Below are positions 1 through 9,830 of a DNA stretch of 64,000 nucleotides, in pieces. The DNA is from Treponemataceae bacterium (GTDB taxonomy: Bacteria; Spirochaetota; Spirochaetia; Treponematales; Rectinemataceae). The notes under the pieces are model-generated. The model was not told where the DNA came from and made no database searches. It saw nothing but the letters and a program-made list of their open reading frames with translations. Each line of letters begins with the position of its first letter. Positions within the stretch are counted from its first letter, which is position 1. The stretch spans positions 576,001 to 640,000 of the forward strand of contig CAXXVZ010000005.1 in the NCBI GenBank assembly GCA_963678065.2, read 5' to 3'. The translations under genes were made by a program, and so were the position numbers.

Positions 1-111
1 AAAAACCGCAAAACGCGGGGCCGGGACAGGAATCAGCGGCGTCAGTTCCGGGGCCGGAGCCGGCAACGCCAGGTCTGGGACCGGGCCTGGCGCAGGAGGA
101 GGGTTTTCGCG

Positions 112-1677
112 ATGAGTGGTCAGAGCATCATCCTGGCCGTCGACCAGAGCACCTCGGGCACCAAGGCCCTCGCCTTCGACGCCGAGGGACGGCGGCTCGG
201 CAGGGTCACGATCGCCCACGAACAATTCTACCCCGCCCCGGGACTCGTCGAGCACGATCCCGAGGAGATCCTCGCGGCCACGCGCCGGGCCGTGGCCGAG
301 CTCGTCGCCGCGCTCAGGATCGATCCCGCCGACATCGCCGCCCTCGCGCTCACGAACCAGAGGGAGACGGTCGTCGCCTGGGACGCCCAGACCGGAAGAC
401 CCCTGCACAGGGCCCTCGTCTGGCAGGACGCGCGCGGACGCGGCATCTGCGAAGAGCTCGCCGCCAGAAAGGACTGTCACTCCGGGAAAAACGCGGGCCT
501 CGGGCAGCGCGTGAAGGACATAACCGGCCTCCCCCTCGACCCCATGTTCTCTGCTTCCAAGCTCGCCTGGCTCGTCGCCAACGACGCGGATGCGAAGGCC
601 TGCCTCGATTCAGGCAGGCTCATGGCCGGGACGATCGACAGCTGGCTTATCTGGAAACTGACGGGCAAAGAGGTCTTCGCCTGCGACCTCTCCAACGCGT
701 CGAGGACCATGCTCCTCGACATCCACAGGCTTTCCTGGAGCGCGGAAATTCTCGAACTGTTCGGACTCTCCGGTATCAGGCTCCCCGAGCCCCGGCTTTC
801 CGACGCAGGATTCGGCGAGGCCTATTTCCCCGAATTGGGCAGGAAGATACCGATAGCCGCGGTGATGGGGGACAGCCACGCGGCCCTCTTCGGCCACGGC
901 GCGAGGACTCCGGGCTCGGCCAAATCTGGCTACGGGACGGGCTCGTCGGTCATGTCCTACATCGGCCCCGACCCGGGCACGAGCCCCTCGGGCATCGTGC
1001 TCTCCCTCGGCTGGGGATTCCGGGGCTCCCCGGCCTATGTCTACGAGGGGAACATCCAGTCCACGGGCGACACGATGCGCTGGCTCCGCGACAACCTCGG
1101 CCTCTTCCAGAATCACGACGAGGCCGAGGCGATGGCCGAGTCGGTGTCCGACACCGCCGGCATCCTCCTCGTCCCCTCTTTTTCCGGATTGGGCGCTCCC
1201 CACTGGGCCGCGACGGCGGGAGCTCTCATCGTCGGCATGCCGCGAGGCTCGGACAAACGCCACCTGGTGCGCGCCGGCCTCGAATCCATCGCCTACCAGG
1301 TCGCGGAACTCGTCACCGAGATGGACCGCCTCACGGGCACTCCTTTAAGGAGCCTCATGGTCGACGGCGGCCCCACGCGCAACCGCTTTCTCATGCAGTT
1401 CCAGGCCGATATTCTCGGCATACCCGTCATCGTTCCGGAGACGGAGGAGATACCCGCCCTCGGCGCGGCGCTCATGGCGGCTGCCGCCCGCGGCCTCGGC
1501 GATCCCGATGCCCTTTCGCGGAACAGGGAGCAGCGCGAGTATCTGCCGCGCATGCAGGCTTCCCGGCGCGAGGCGCTGCTCTCGGCCTGGCGCGACGCTG
1601 TTTGTACAGCCATAGACCACCAGACGATCCGCGCCCGCGATCAGAAAACCATCCAGACAGGAGCGATTCATGAATAG
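112..1677 (+). CDS. FGGY-family carbohydrate kinase (glycerol kinase-like)
   Basis: N-terminal LAVDQSTSGTKA, TNQRET, WQD, GDSHAALFG, GTGSS, VDGG motifs; SD GGAGG upstream. Confidence 0.9.
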   Translation: MSGQSIILAVDQSTSGTKALAFDAEGRRLGRVTIAHEQFYPAPGLVEHDPEEILAATRRAVAELVAALRIDPADIAALALTNQRETVVAWDAQTGRPLHRALVWQDARGRGICEELAARKDCHSGKNAGLGQRVKDITGLPLDPMFSASKLAWLVANDADAKACLDSGRLMAGTIDSWLIWKLTGKEVFACDLSNASRTMLLDIHRLSWSAEILELFGLSGIRLPEPRLSDAGFGEAYFPELGRKIPIAAVMGDSHAALFGHGARTPGSAKSGYGTGSSVMSYIGPDPGTSPSGIVLSLGWGFRGSPAYVYEGNIQSTGDTMRWLRDNLGLFQNHDEAEAMAESVSDTAGILLVPSFSGLGAPHWAATAGALIVGMPRGSDKRHLVRAGLESIAYQVAELVTEMDRLTGTPLRSLMVDGGPTRNRFLMQFQADILGIPVIVPETEEIPALGAALMAAAARGLGDPDALSRNREQREYLPRMQASRREALLSAWRDAVCTAIDHQTIRARDQKTIQTGAIHE

Positions 1678-3139
1678 CGCACAATCATACGTGAAAGATG
1701 CCCCGCGCGGAATCCGCGGCATCATGGGCAAGAAGTCCGTGTTCGGCGTAATCGTCAGCTCGCGTTCATTCTTCAACGCGGAGCACGCGCGCGGAGCGCG
1801 GGAAGGCGTGCTCGGTCACCTCGCCTCCCTCGGAATCGAGGCCGTGACAGGAAGCCCGGAGCTGACGCCGGACGGGGCTGTCGCCACGCACAGCGACGCC
1901 CTGAAATACGCCGAACTCTTCCGCTCCCGCTCTGCCGACATCGACGGCATCGTCGTCGTCCTCGCCAACTTCGGGGACGAAATCGCCGTAACCGAGACGA
2001 TCAAACTCTCGGGTCTCGATGTTCCCGTCCTCGTGCAGGCCTCTGCCGACGATCTCGACAAGCTCGACGTCCACGGCCGTCGCGACGCGTACTGCGGGAA
2101 AATATCGGTCTGCAACAATTTCCGGCAATCCAAAATCGCCTGGACGGATACGGCGGGTCACGTCTGCCCGGCCGGCTCCGATGAATTCCGCGGCGACCTC
2201 GAAAACTTCGCCCGCCTGTGCCGCACCGTGAAGGGCTTGCGGACAGCCCGCGTCGGAGCCATCGGCGCGAGGCCCGGGGCCTTCCGCACCGTCCGCTACA
2301 GCGAAAAACTCCTCCAGGATTCCGGCGTCACCGTCGTTCCTGTCGACCTCTCCGAAATTTTCGCCGCCGCCGAATCCATCGGCGACGCGGAGCCCGGACT
2401 CGCGGCCGTCCTCTCGCGCATCGGCGCCTACGGCCGGATTCCGGAGGGCATCGCCAGGGCGAACATCATGAAACAGGCCCGATTCACCCTCGCCGTGGAG
2501 CGCTGGATGGACGAGAACGACTGCGATGCGAGCGCCATCCAGTGCTGGGAGTCGATGCAGAAGAACTACGGCTGCGCGAGCTGCCTGTCCATGAGCATGA
2601 TGGGCGAGGCTCTGCGCCCCAGCGCCTGCGAGGTCGACGTCACGGGCGCGGTATCCATGTACGCCCTCACGCTGGCTTCGGGCCGGCCTGCGGGCTTTCT
2701 CGACTGGAACAACAACTACGGCGACAGGGAGGATTTCGTCGTCGGCACCCACTGCAGCAATTTCCCGAAGGGCTTCATGGGCTCCGATATCGAGATATCC
2801 AATCTCGACATTCTCGGCGAGAGCCTCGGGCGCGAGCGCTGTTTCGGAGCCATCAAGGGGAAGGTCGCCCCCGGTCCCTTCACCTTCTTCCGCCTCTCCA
2901 CCGACGACGTCGCGGGGAAAATCAAGTGCTACACCGGCGAGGGCGAGTTCACGGCAGACCCCTTCCCCATGGACGGCGGAATAGCGGTCTGCCGCATTCC
3001 CGGCGTGCGCGATCTCATGCGGCACGTCACGCGCGAGGGCTTCGAACACCACGTCGCGATGGCGCGGGGCTCCTCGTCCGCGATCCTGGAAGAGTCCGTC
3101 GTCCGCTACCTGGGCTGGGATTTCCACAGGCACGGATGA
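1670..3139 (+). CDS. L-fucose/L-arabinose isomerase family protein
   Basis: NFGDE, RRDAYCGK, AIQCW, ACEVD, GFEHHVAM motifs; 8-nt overlap with kinase gene. Confidence 0.85.
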   Translation: MNSAQSYVKDAPRGIRGIMGKKSVFGVIVSSRSFFNAEHARGAREGVLGHLASLGIEAVTGSPELTPDGAVATHSDALKYAELFRSRSADIDGIVVVLANFGDEIAVTETIKLSGLDVPVLVQASADDLDKLDVHGRRDAYCGKISVCNNFRQSKIAWTDTAGHVCPAGSDEFRGDLENFARLCRTVKGLRTARVGAIGARPGAFRTVRYSEKLLQDSGVTVVPVDLSEIFAAAESIGDAEPGLAAVLSRIGAYGRIPEGIARANIMKQARFTLAVERWMDENDCDASAIQCWESMQKNYGCASCLSMSMMGEALRPSACEVDVTGAVSMYALTLASGRPAGFLDWNNNYGDREDFVVGTHCSNFPKGFMGSDIEISNLDILGESLGRERCFGAIKGKVAPGPFTFFRLSTDDVAGKIKCYTGEGEFTADPFPMDGGIAVCRIPGVRDLMRHVTREGFEHHVAMARGSSSAILEESVVRYLGWDFHRHG

Positions 3140-3267
3140 CCGCGGCGCCGTTGACCTTGTCGGGTAACGGCGCGGGACAGCCGCCGTTACCTGTCCCGCA
3201 GTAGCTGCGCCGTGTCGACAGGGCCCCGGCGCAGGCGTTACACTTGCAGGACGGAACGGAGGAATAC

Positions 3268-4245
3268 ATGGAATACAGAAGACTCGGCTCGGCCGGCATA
3301 AAGGTATCGGCGCTGTCCCTCGGATCCTGGGTGACCTACGGCTCCCAGGTCGACATCGACGCGGCGGCGGCCATGATCAAGGCCGCCTACGACGCGGGTG
3401 TCAATTTCTTCGACAACGCCGAAGTGTACATGAACGGCAAGGCCGAGGAGATCATGGGCGCGGCCTTCAAGCGCCTCGGACTCCGCCGCGGTTCCTGGCT
3501 CATCTCGACGAAGCTCTTCTGGGGCATCAACGAGGGTCCGAACGAAAAGAACACCCTCAACCGCAAATATCTCATGGAGTCGATGGACGGCTCCCTGCGC
3601 CGACTCGGCATGGACCACGTCGACTTCGTCTACTGCCACCGCCCCGATTCAGAGACGCCGATCGAGGAGACCGTCTGGGCCATGAACGACATCGTCGCCT
3701 CGGGGAAAGCCCTCTACTGGGGCACGAGCGAGTGGTCGGCCGAGCAGATCCGCGAGGCCTGGGAAATCGCCGACCGGCGCAACCTGCGCAAGCCCCAGAT
3801 GGAGCAGCCCCTCTACAACATGATCTCCCGCAAACGCGTCGAGGTCGAATACGCCCGTCTCTACGACGGTGTAGGGCTCGGCCTCACGACCTTCAGCCCC
3901 CTCGCCTCCGGGCTCCTCTCGGGCAAATACTCCAACGGCATCCCCGAAGGTTCGCGCTTCTCGCTTCCCGGCTACGGCTGGCTCAAGTCGCGCTACTACC
4001 AGGAAGAGCTCTTGAAATGCGTCGCGGCCCTCGAGCCCATCGCGCGCGATCTTAGCTGCTCCATGTCCCAGCTCGGCATAGCCTGGGTGGCGAAAAACCC
4101 GAGAGTCAGCTCGGTCATCACCGGCGCGAGCCGCATCGAGCAGCTCACCGAAAACATGAAGGCCCTCGAAGTCCTCCCCAAGCTCACGCAGGACGTTCTC
4201 GCCCTCATCGACGAAGTCCTCTCGCCCGTCCTCAAGGCGGAATGA
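3268..4245 (+). CDS. Aldo/keto reductase (Kv-beta/YghZ-like)
   Basis: [53 protein letters not shown] before ATG 3268. Confidence 0.92.
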   Translation: MEYRRLGSAGIKVSALSLGSWVTYGSQVDIDAAAAMIKAAYDAGVNFFDNAEVYMNGKAEEIMGAAFKRLGLRRGSWLISTKLFWGINEGPNEKNTLNRKYLMESMDGSLRRLGMDHVDFVYCHRPDSETPIEETVWAMNDIVASGKALYWGTSEWSAEQIREAWEIADRRNLRKPQMEQPLYNMISRKRVEVEYARLYDGVGLGLTTFSPLASGLLSGKYSNGIPEGSRFSLPGYGWLKSRYYQEELLKCVAALEPIARDLSCSMSQLGIAWVAKNPRVSSVITGASRIEQLTENMKALEVLPKLTQDVLALIDEVLSPVLKAE

Positions 4246-4339
4246 GCGATGGCGGGGTTCCGGGCGCGCGCCAGCCTCTGGCGGGCCGCGCTCCGGATTT
4301 CCCGTTTCCATTACCCGCGACACCGCGGGCGGAGCGCGA

Positions 4340-5170
4340 ATGCTCGTCGATTTTCATACCCACCTTCACCTCTACCGGGACCGGACAGCCTGTCTTTGTG
4401 AAATCGCCGCGGGCCGGATTCTTTCCGTCGCCTCGTCCATGGACATCCCCTCCTACCGCGTCACCCTCGATCTCGCCGCGCGGCCGGAGGCGCGCGGCCT
4501 GGTCGTCCCCAGCTTCGGCATCCACCCGCACTGCGCCGCGCAGTGCCTGACCCCGGTCGGGGACGACCAGACCGTTCTTAACGCGCTCGACTCTCTCATC
4601 GCCTCGAGTCCCATCATCGGCGAGATCGGTCTCGACTTCTTCTGGGAGAAGGAAGTCGACCCTCGCGCCCAGGAAAAGGTCTTCGTCCACTTCCTCGAAA
4701 AGGCGGCCGAACAGGACAAATATTGCGTCATCCACACCAAGGGCGCCGAATCGCGCATCCTCGACATCCTCTCGGTCCGGGGCTTCCGGAAAATCGTCGT
4801 CCACTGGTACCACGGCCCGGAGACTATCTTCCGGAAGCTCGCGGATCTCGGTTGCCACTTCACCTTCGGCTGCGAAGTCCGGCACTCGCAGGAAGTCCGC
4901 GACCTTTTGAAGCTGGCCCCGGAGGACCGCGTTCTCGCGGAGACGGACAACCCCGGCAGCGAAATCTGGCTCGGCGGAGAGCGGGATGATCCGGGCCTCA
5001 TCGGGCGAGTCATAGCCGACATGGGATCTGTGCTCGGGAAAAGCCCATCCGAGATGGAATCCCTCGTGGAGCGCAACTCTCTCGCCATCCTGCGGGATGC
5101 GGGCATCGCCATTCCGGGCCGCGCCGGGAGCACTCCGGGCGGGGAAAAGGAAGCAAAGGACGAGTTATGA
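4340..5170 (+). CDS. TatD-family metallohydrolase
   Basis: DFHTH, GIHP, IGEIGLD, IHTK, HWY, LAETD motifs. Confidence 0.9.
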   Translation: MLVDFHTHLHLYRDRTACLCEIAAGRILSVASSMDIPSYRVTLDLAARPEARGLVVPSFGIHPHCAAQCLTPVGDDQTVLNALDSLIASSPIIGEIGLDFFWEKEVDPRAQEKVFVHFLEKAAEQDKYCVIHTKGAESRILDILSVRGFRKIVVHWYHGPETIFRKLADLGCHFTFGCEVRHSQEVRDLLKLAPEDRVLAETDNPGSEIWLGGERDDPGLIGRVIADMGSVLGKSPSEMESLVERNSLAILRDAGIAIPGRAGSTPGGEKEAKDEL

Positions 5171-6132
5171 CGGGAGAAAGGAAAAATGCGCTCGCGGGCG
5201 CGATCGAACTCTCCGCCGCGGCGGCGATCTGGGGCGGCGTCTTCGTCGTCAGCAAATATGTCATGGACTACGTCCCGCCCTTCGCGATCATCTGGATACG
5301 CTATCTGATCGCCTCAGCGGTCCTGTTCGCCATGATGAAGCTCAGGACGCGAAAAGCCGCGGCCGGCAAGGCGACAGGAGGCAAACCCGCCGCGATTTCA
5401 AAACCATCGGGGAGGGACTGGCTCCTCGTGGCCGCGATAGGGTTCGTGGGCTATTTCGTCTCGATCGCCTGTCAGTTCGCCGGGACAAGGCTCGCCGACG
5501 CGCACACGGGCGCCCTCATCACCTCGGCCTCGCCCGTCTTCACGGTGCTGTTCGCGCGCATCCTCCTCGGCGAGCCTGTCACCTTGCGCAAAATCGCCTC
5601 CCTCGTCCTCTCGGGATCGGGTGTCGTCGTCATCATCGGGACAGGAGGGGGAGGCGGAATCGACGACTACACGCTCGGCGTCATCGTACTCGTCGTCGCG
5701 GCGGCAACCTGGGCCCTCCTCTCGGTCTTCGTCAGGATGGCGAGCTTCCGCCTCGACTCCATGACCACGACGGCCTGGGCCATCCTCTTCGCCGCGGCCT
5801 TCACGACTCCCGCCATGCTCGTCGAGTCGGGGACGAATCCCATCGGCCCCATCAACCCGGCCGTGATCGCGGGCATCCTCTACATCGGCGTCGTCTCCAC
5901 GGCCCTCGCCTACTACCTCTGGAACAAGGGACTCGAGCGGATCGACGCGGGGCGCGCCAGCCTCTTCATCTTCGTGCAGCCCGTCGTCGGTTCGCTCCTC
6001 GGCTTCCTCGTCCTCGGCGAGAGACTTTCCGCGCGCTTTTTCGCGGGTGGCCTCCTCGTTCTCGCGGGCGTCGTCCTCTCGATACTGAATCCGGGAAAAA
6101 TCGCGAACGGGCGAAAACCTGACAGGCCGTAA
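5167..6132 (+). CDS. EamA/DMT family transporter
   Basis: IWG motif, about 10 hydrophobic segments, two EamA halves each ending LGE. Confidence 0.9.
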   Translation: MTGERKNALAGAIELSAAAAIWGGVFVVSKYVMDYVPPFAIIWIRYLIASAVLFAMMKLRTRKAAAGKATGGKPAAISKPSGRDWLLVAAIGFVGYFVSIACQFAGTRLADAHTGALITSASPVFTVLFARILLGEPVTLRKIASLVLSGSGVVVIIGTGGGGGIDDYTLGVIVLVVAAATWALLSVFVRMASFRLDSMTTTAWAILFAAAFTTPAMLVESGTNPIGPINPAVIAGILYIGVVSTALAYYLWNKGLERIDAGRASLFIFVQPVVGSLLGFLVLGERLSARFFAGGLLVLAGVVLSILNPGKIANGRKPDRP

Positions 6133-6139
6133 ACGCGAT

Positions 6140-8338
6140 TTATGATCCGGCGCCCGTTCCTGCGGCAATTCCCTGTGCGGCTCCATCATCCGGAAGACTC
6201 TGATATCGCATAACCTCGACTCCGATCGCGTGCATGACGCAGGCATGCGAAGCTCCCGTGCCCGCGGTCGAGGTGAACATATTGGCAGATCCGGCCAGAT
6301 CGACGCCATCGCCGTCGGGTTCGTACCAGATGCCTTCGGGCAGGCAGACGACGCCCGGCACGATGTCGGGACTGAGGCGGACCCCGATCCGGGATCTTCC
6401 GCGCGCATTGAAGACGAGCGCGCAGTCGCCATCGGCGATGCCGCGAACCGCGGCGTCTTTCGGGTTCATTTCGAGAGCGTGCGCGGCTTTCTCCGCGATC
6501 CGGGCGATGTTGCTTCCCTGCGAGTGTGTCCTGTGCGGCGATTTTGGCGTGATGAGAGACAGAGGATATGCCGGATCGCTAGGCGGGGCGCGCCAGGTCG
6601 GGATGGCAGGATATCCTGTTTTCATGCGGTAATTCTCACTCGCGATCTCGACCTTGCCCGAGGGCGTCCGCAGGGGAAAACGCTCCGGGTCCGCCGCGAA
6701 ATCCGCGAGCCCGACGCGGTCCTCTTCCCTTCCCCGATAGATGCCGCTGCGCATGAAGGCTTCGGGATCGTCGATCTCCGACTGGGCGATGCATTTTCGC
6801 ACCCACTCCGGCGCGCTCCGGCCTTCGGAAAACTCCGCGCCGAAGCCGAGCAACTCCGCGAGGCCGCAGAATATGTCGTAATCGCTGCGCGCGAGTCCCC
6901 GGGGAGCGACGACCTGCGGCTTGTACAGAAGGTAATTTCCGAGCCAGGGAATGCCGATGTCTTCCTTTTCCAGGGCCGTCGCCGCGGGGAGGATCACGTC
7001 GCTCCACCTCGCCGTCGGCGTCATGAAGAACTCCTGCGACACGACGAAATCGACCTTTTCGAACGCGGCTCTGTTTTTGCCGATGTCGGCGCCCTGGTTG
7101 AGAAAATTTCCGCCCGCGGAATAGATGGCGCGAATGTCCGATGGATATCCCCCCGCCCGCCCTTCCAGGACAGCGTCCGGCCAGCGCGAAGTCGGCACCG
7201 CACATATGGTGACTCCGGGCGGCTCCGGCACTCCGATCCTGCCGACCTTCGGAGTCGGAAGTCTGTTGTTGAGCGATCCTGTCGATCCGCCGCGGATGCC
7301 GAAGTTGCCCGTCGCGATCTGCAGCGCCACCGCGAGCCGGTATGTCTCCTCCCCCGCATGCACGCGCTGTATCGAATATCCCGGGAGGAGCATGGTGGGT
7401 TTCGTCGCTGCCCAGGCCCGCGCCAGCGCGCGGATTTCGTGCGCGGGCACTTTGCAGATGCCTTCAGCCCACTCAGGACTGCAGGCGCACGCATCCGGGA
7501 GGCCGAGAACATAGCTCTCGAGCTCATCGAAGCCCGCGCTGTGGCTCTCGATGAAATCGCTGTCCGCGAGCCTTTCGGCGAACAGCACGTTGAGGATGGC
7601 GAGCATGAGGGCGGCGTCGGTGCCCGGCCGGCAGGGTATCCACCACGTCGCGGCCCGCTTCACCGTTCCGGAACGCCGCGGGTCGATGACGACAATCCGC
7701 GCCCCGCGCTTTTTCGCCTCCATGAGACGCGCCGGTATCTCCGAGCCGAGCCGGGCCTCGAGGACGTTGGCGCCCCAGAGGATGATCATGTCCGAGTACC
7801 GCATGGTGGACGCGTCGAAACCGGATCGCTTCCAGTCATCGCCGAAAAGGTAGGGCAGAATGAAGCTGGCGGCCGCGTTGCTGTAGTTCCCCGACAAACC
7901 CGTGTACCCGCCGAGGAGCGAAAAAAAGCGCTCCGTGAGCGTCGCGGTATCGTGCACCGCGCCGATCGATCCCGCGCTGCCGAGATTGAGCACGGACTCC
8001 GGGCCGTACCCTCCGCGTATCTCCGCGAGCCTTTCCGCCACGACAGTGAGCGCTTCATCCCAGGACGCCGCGCGGAATTCCCCCGAGCCCCTCGGCCCCC
8101 TGCGCACAAGCGGCTCCAGGATGCGGTCCGGGGCGTAGGTCTCAAGGGCGAGATCCATTCCGCGCGAGCAGGCCCGCGCATAGCTGTCGCCCGCGGGGTT
8201 GTGGCCTATCCGGACAACGCGGCCCTCTTCCACAGTCGCCACGAGCGGGCAGGCCCCGCCCCCACAGTCCTTGCCGCAGAATACGGGATATGTCTGCGAG
8301 GAGACAGGAACCGTCGATGCCATCGTTTTTGTCGTCAC
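6140..8338 (-). CDS. Molybdopterin-dependent oxidoreductase catalytic subunit, DMSO reductase family (DmsA/BisC-like), no Tat signal
   Basis: CGKDCGGGAC..C Fe-S motif, SWDEAL, GNYS, WGAN, PGTDAAL, TPTARWSDVILPA, C-terminal HRTHS..MNPKDA; GTG start after GAGGAG. Confidence 0.9.
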   Translation of the reverse strand: MTTKTMASTVPVSSQTYPVFCGKDCGGGACPLVATVEEGRVVRIGHNPAGDSYARACSRGMDLALETYAPDRILEPLVRRGPRGSGEFRAASWDEALTVVAERLAEIRGGYGPESVLNLGSAGSIGAVHDTATLTERFFSLLGGYTGLSGNYSNAAASFILPYLFGDDWKRSGFDASTMRYSDMIILWGANVLEARLGSEIPARLMEAKKRGARIVVIDPRRSGTVKRAATWWIPCRPGTDAALMLAILNVLFAERLADSDFIESHSAGFDELESYVLGLPDACACSPEWAEGICKVPAHEIRALARAWAATKPTMLLPGYSIQRVHAGEETYRLAVALQIATGNFGIRGGSTGSLNNRLPTPKVGRIGVPEPPGVTICAVPTSRWPDAVLEGRAGGYPSDIRAIYSAGGNFLNQGADIGKNRAAFEKVDFVVSQEFFMTPTARWSDVILPAATALEKEDIGIPWLGNYLLYKPQVVAPRGLARSDYDIFCGLAELLGFGAEFSEGRSAPEWVRKCIAQSEIDDPEAFMRSGIYRGREEDRVGLADFAADPERFPLRTPSGKVEIASENYRMKTGYPAIPTWRAPPSDPAYPLSLITPKSPHRTHSQGSNIARIAEKAAHALEMNPKDAAVRGIADGDCALVFNARGRSRIGVRLSPDIVPGVVCLPEGIWYEPDGDGVDLAGSANMFTSTAGTGASHACVMHAIGVEVMRYQSLPDDGAAQGIAAGTGAGS

Positions 8339-8546
8339 TGGTCAACTCCTCGCGATGGAATGGAAATGGAACCCGCAACATATACCTCCGCCGGGCAGAG
8401 AAGACAAGCGGTGATGCCCTCCCGGCCGGCAAACAGGGCGCGGGAATGCCCATGGCCGGATATGCATCGCCAGAGAAAAGGCATTGCCAATGCCAATGCC
8501 AATGCCGAATACTATTCTTGATATTCATAAAATAAACGATTATCTA

Positions 8547-8575
8547 TTGGAATTTTTCAAATTATTGTGTATCAT
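8547..8575 (+). promoter_or_regulatory. sigma70-like promoter of the Lrp gene (TTGGAA-17-TATCAT), -10 box 6 nt from ATG (probably leaderless)
   Basis: Hexamers at 8547-8552 and 8570-8575; no SD before ATG 8582. Confidence 0.55.
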
Positions 8576-8581
8576 ATTCGT

Positions 8582-9070
8582 ATGATAGACAAGATAGATC
8601 GCGATCTCCTCACGCTTCTTCAAAAGGATGCCCGGCTGTCCAATGCCGATTTGGCCGAGGCTGTCGGCCTGAATGCATCATCTGTCTTCGAGCGGGTCAA
8701 GAAGCTCGAACGAAAGGGAATCATAACAGGCTATGTCGCCAAGGTGGATGCCAAGAAACTCGGCAAACCGCTTCTCGCATTCATGCGATTGACCTTAGGA
8801 GCGTCACAGCCGGAAGGGTTCAAAGCCACCATGGATAAAATTGCCGCTCTCTGCTCCGCCGAACCGGACATTCTCGAATGTCACGATGTCGCGGGCGAAG
8901 ACTGCCTCATTCTGAAACTCCACGCCGCCGGGCCTGGCGAGCTGCAGAATCTCCACGCTGCGATACGCGACTGTACCCAGAGCGCAAGGACCGTCACGAG
9001 CATCGTTCTTTCGACATTCAAAGAATCCTCTGCGGTGGAACCCGCTGCGGAGACCAAGGCCGAAGATTGA
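8582..9070 (+). CDS. Lrp/AsnC family transcriptional regulator
   Basis: IDKIDRDLLTLLQKDARLSNADLAEAVGL..ERVKKLE HTH; ECHDVAGED effector domain. Confidence 0.93.
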   Translation: MIDKIDRDLLTLLQKDARLSNADLAEAVGLNASSVFERVKKLERKGIITGYVAKVDAKKLGKPLLAFMRLTLGASQPEGFKATMDKIAALCSAEPDILECHDVAGEDCLILKLHAAGPGELQNLHAAIRDCTQSARTVTSIVLSTFKESSAVEPAAETKAED

Positions 9071-9088
9071 TTCGGCGAAGGAGGAAAT

Positions 9089-9370
9089 ATGAGCTCCGAC
9101 ACGATGAGCATCAGTTTAGGCGAACTCGCCCACGATAGCGCCCACTCTGACCGCAGTTTACGGCTGACCATGGTCCACGGGGAGGTCCTGCGGGTTCCGA
9201 AATCGGCGCGGAAGCTCCGGGTACTCTCAGGGCAGGCCTGGGTTTCCTTCGAGGGAAAGGACATTATCCTGGACCGCGGCGAAAGCCTCATGCTGCCTCG
9301 TAGCGCCCGCCACGAGGCGATCGTTTCCGTCACGGAACATGCAGACGCGCTTTTTTTCGAGCTCGAGTGA
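9089..9370 (+). CDS. Small cupin-like protein, DUF2917-like
   Basis: LRVLSGQAWVSFEGKDIILDRGESL resembles the DUF2917 pattern; strong SD AGGAGG. Confidence 0.7.
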   Translation: MSSDTMSISLGELAHDSAHSDRSLRLTMVHGEVLRVPKSARKLRVLSGQAWVSFEGKDIILDRGESLMLPRSARHEAIVSVTEHADALFFELE

Positions 9371-9468
9371 GATGATGCTGTATCCGGATGCGCGCCGTGC
9401 ATCGCGCGTGAGTCCCATACCTCCACGCCATCAAATATATTTCTATATGTAGTAACATCATATAGTAC

Positions 9469-9497
9469 TTGACGGCTTTTCCGTAGGGCGATAGTAT
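9469..9497 (+). promoter_or_regulatory. sigma70 promoter TTGACG-17-TAGTAT upstream of the riboswitch
   Basis: TTGACG 9469-9474, TAGTAT 9492-9497, AT-rich upstream element. Confidence 0.75.
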
Positions 9498-9510
9498 CCT
9501 CACCCATACC

Positions 9511-9691
9511 TCGAGAGGGCGCCTAGGGTTCCTCCCGCGGTCGCGATTCCCTGCGCGCAGGCACCGTGCGCAGGCGGAAGGCGATCGGCGGGGCACGGTC
9601 CAAGCGGCGTCGGCACCGGCCGCGATCAGGGCATGAGCCCCGACAGCCGGTGAAACACCCCCGGGACAAAAGCCAGGGGAAGGAGTCTCGA
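9511..9691 (+). ncRNA. ykkC-yxkD family riboswitch aptamer, subtype-2-like (not guanidine-I; ppGpp/PRPP-type architecture)
   Basis: Conserved blocks CUAGGGUUCC (9523-9532), GGUCCAAGCG (9597-9606), ACAC..GGGACAAAAGCC (9655-9674); P1 GGCGCC/GGCGUC, P2 CACCGGC/GCCGGUG, P0 UCGAGA/UCUCGA. Confidence 0.85.
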
Positions 9692-9830
9692 TCACCGAGC
9701 CCTTTCCATGTCCGAAGCGGGTGTCCGCCGGTCCTTTTCCAGGATCGGTCTTCCAACTATTCGACACAGCCGACAGCGCGGGAACAGTCACCCGCCCGGG
9801 ACGAAAGGGCCGACGCAAGGGGAGAACGTG

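Noticed and set aside
1766..3133. Many long antisense or alternate-frame ORFs (e.g. 1766-3133, 6230-8521, 22395-24146, 36776-38815, 58488-60068)
   Set aside because: Shadows of real genes in a high-GC genome; no recognisable motifs, and they fully overlap well-supported CDSs
8339..8530. Moco/Wco riboswitch upstream of the molybdoenzyme
   Set aside because: Could not find the conserved blocks of that motif on the minus strand
9511..9691. Guanidine-I assignment of the ykkC RNA
   Set aside because: It has a P0 helix and the AGCG and ACACC signatures, and the downstream genes are not SMR, urea-carboxylase or guanidine-related
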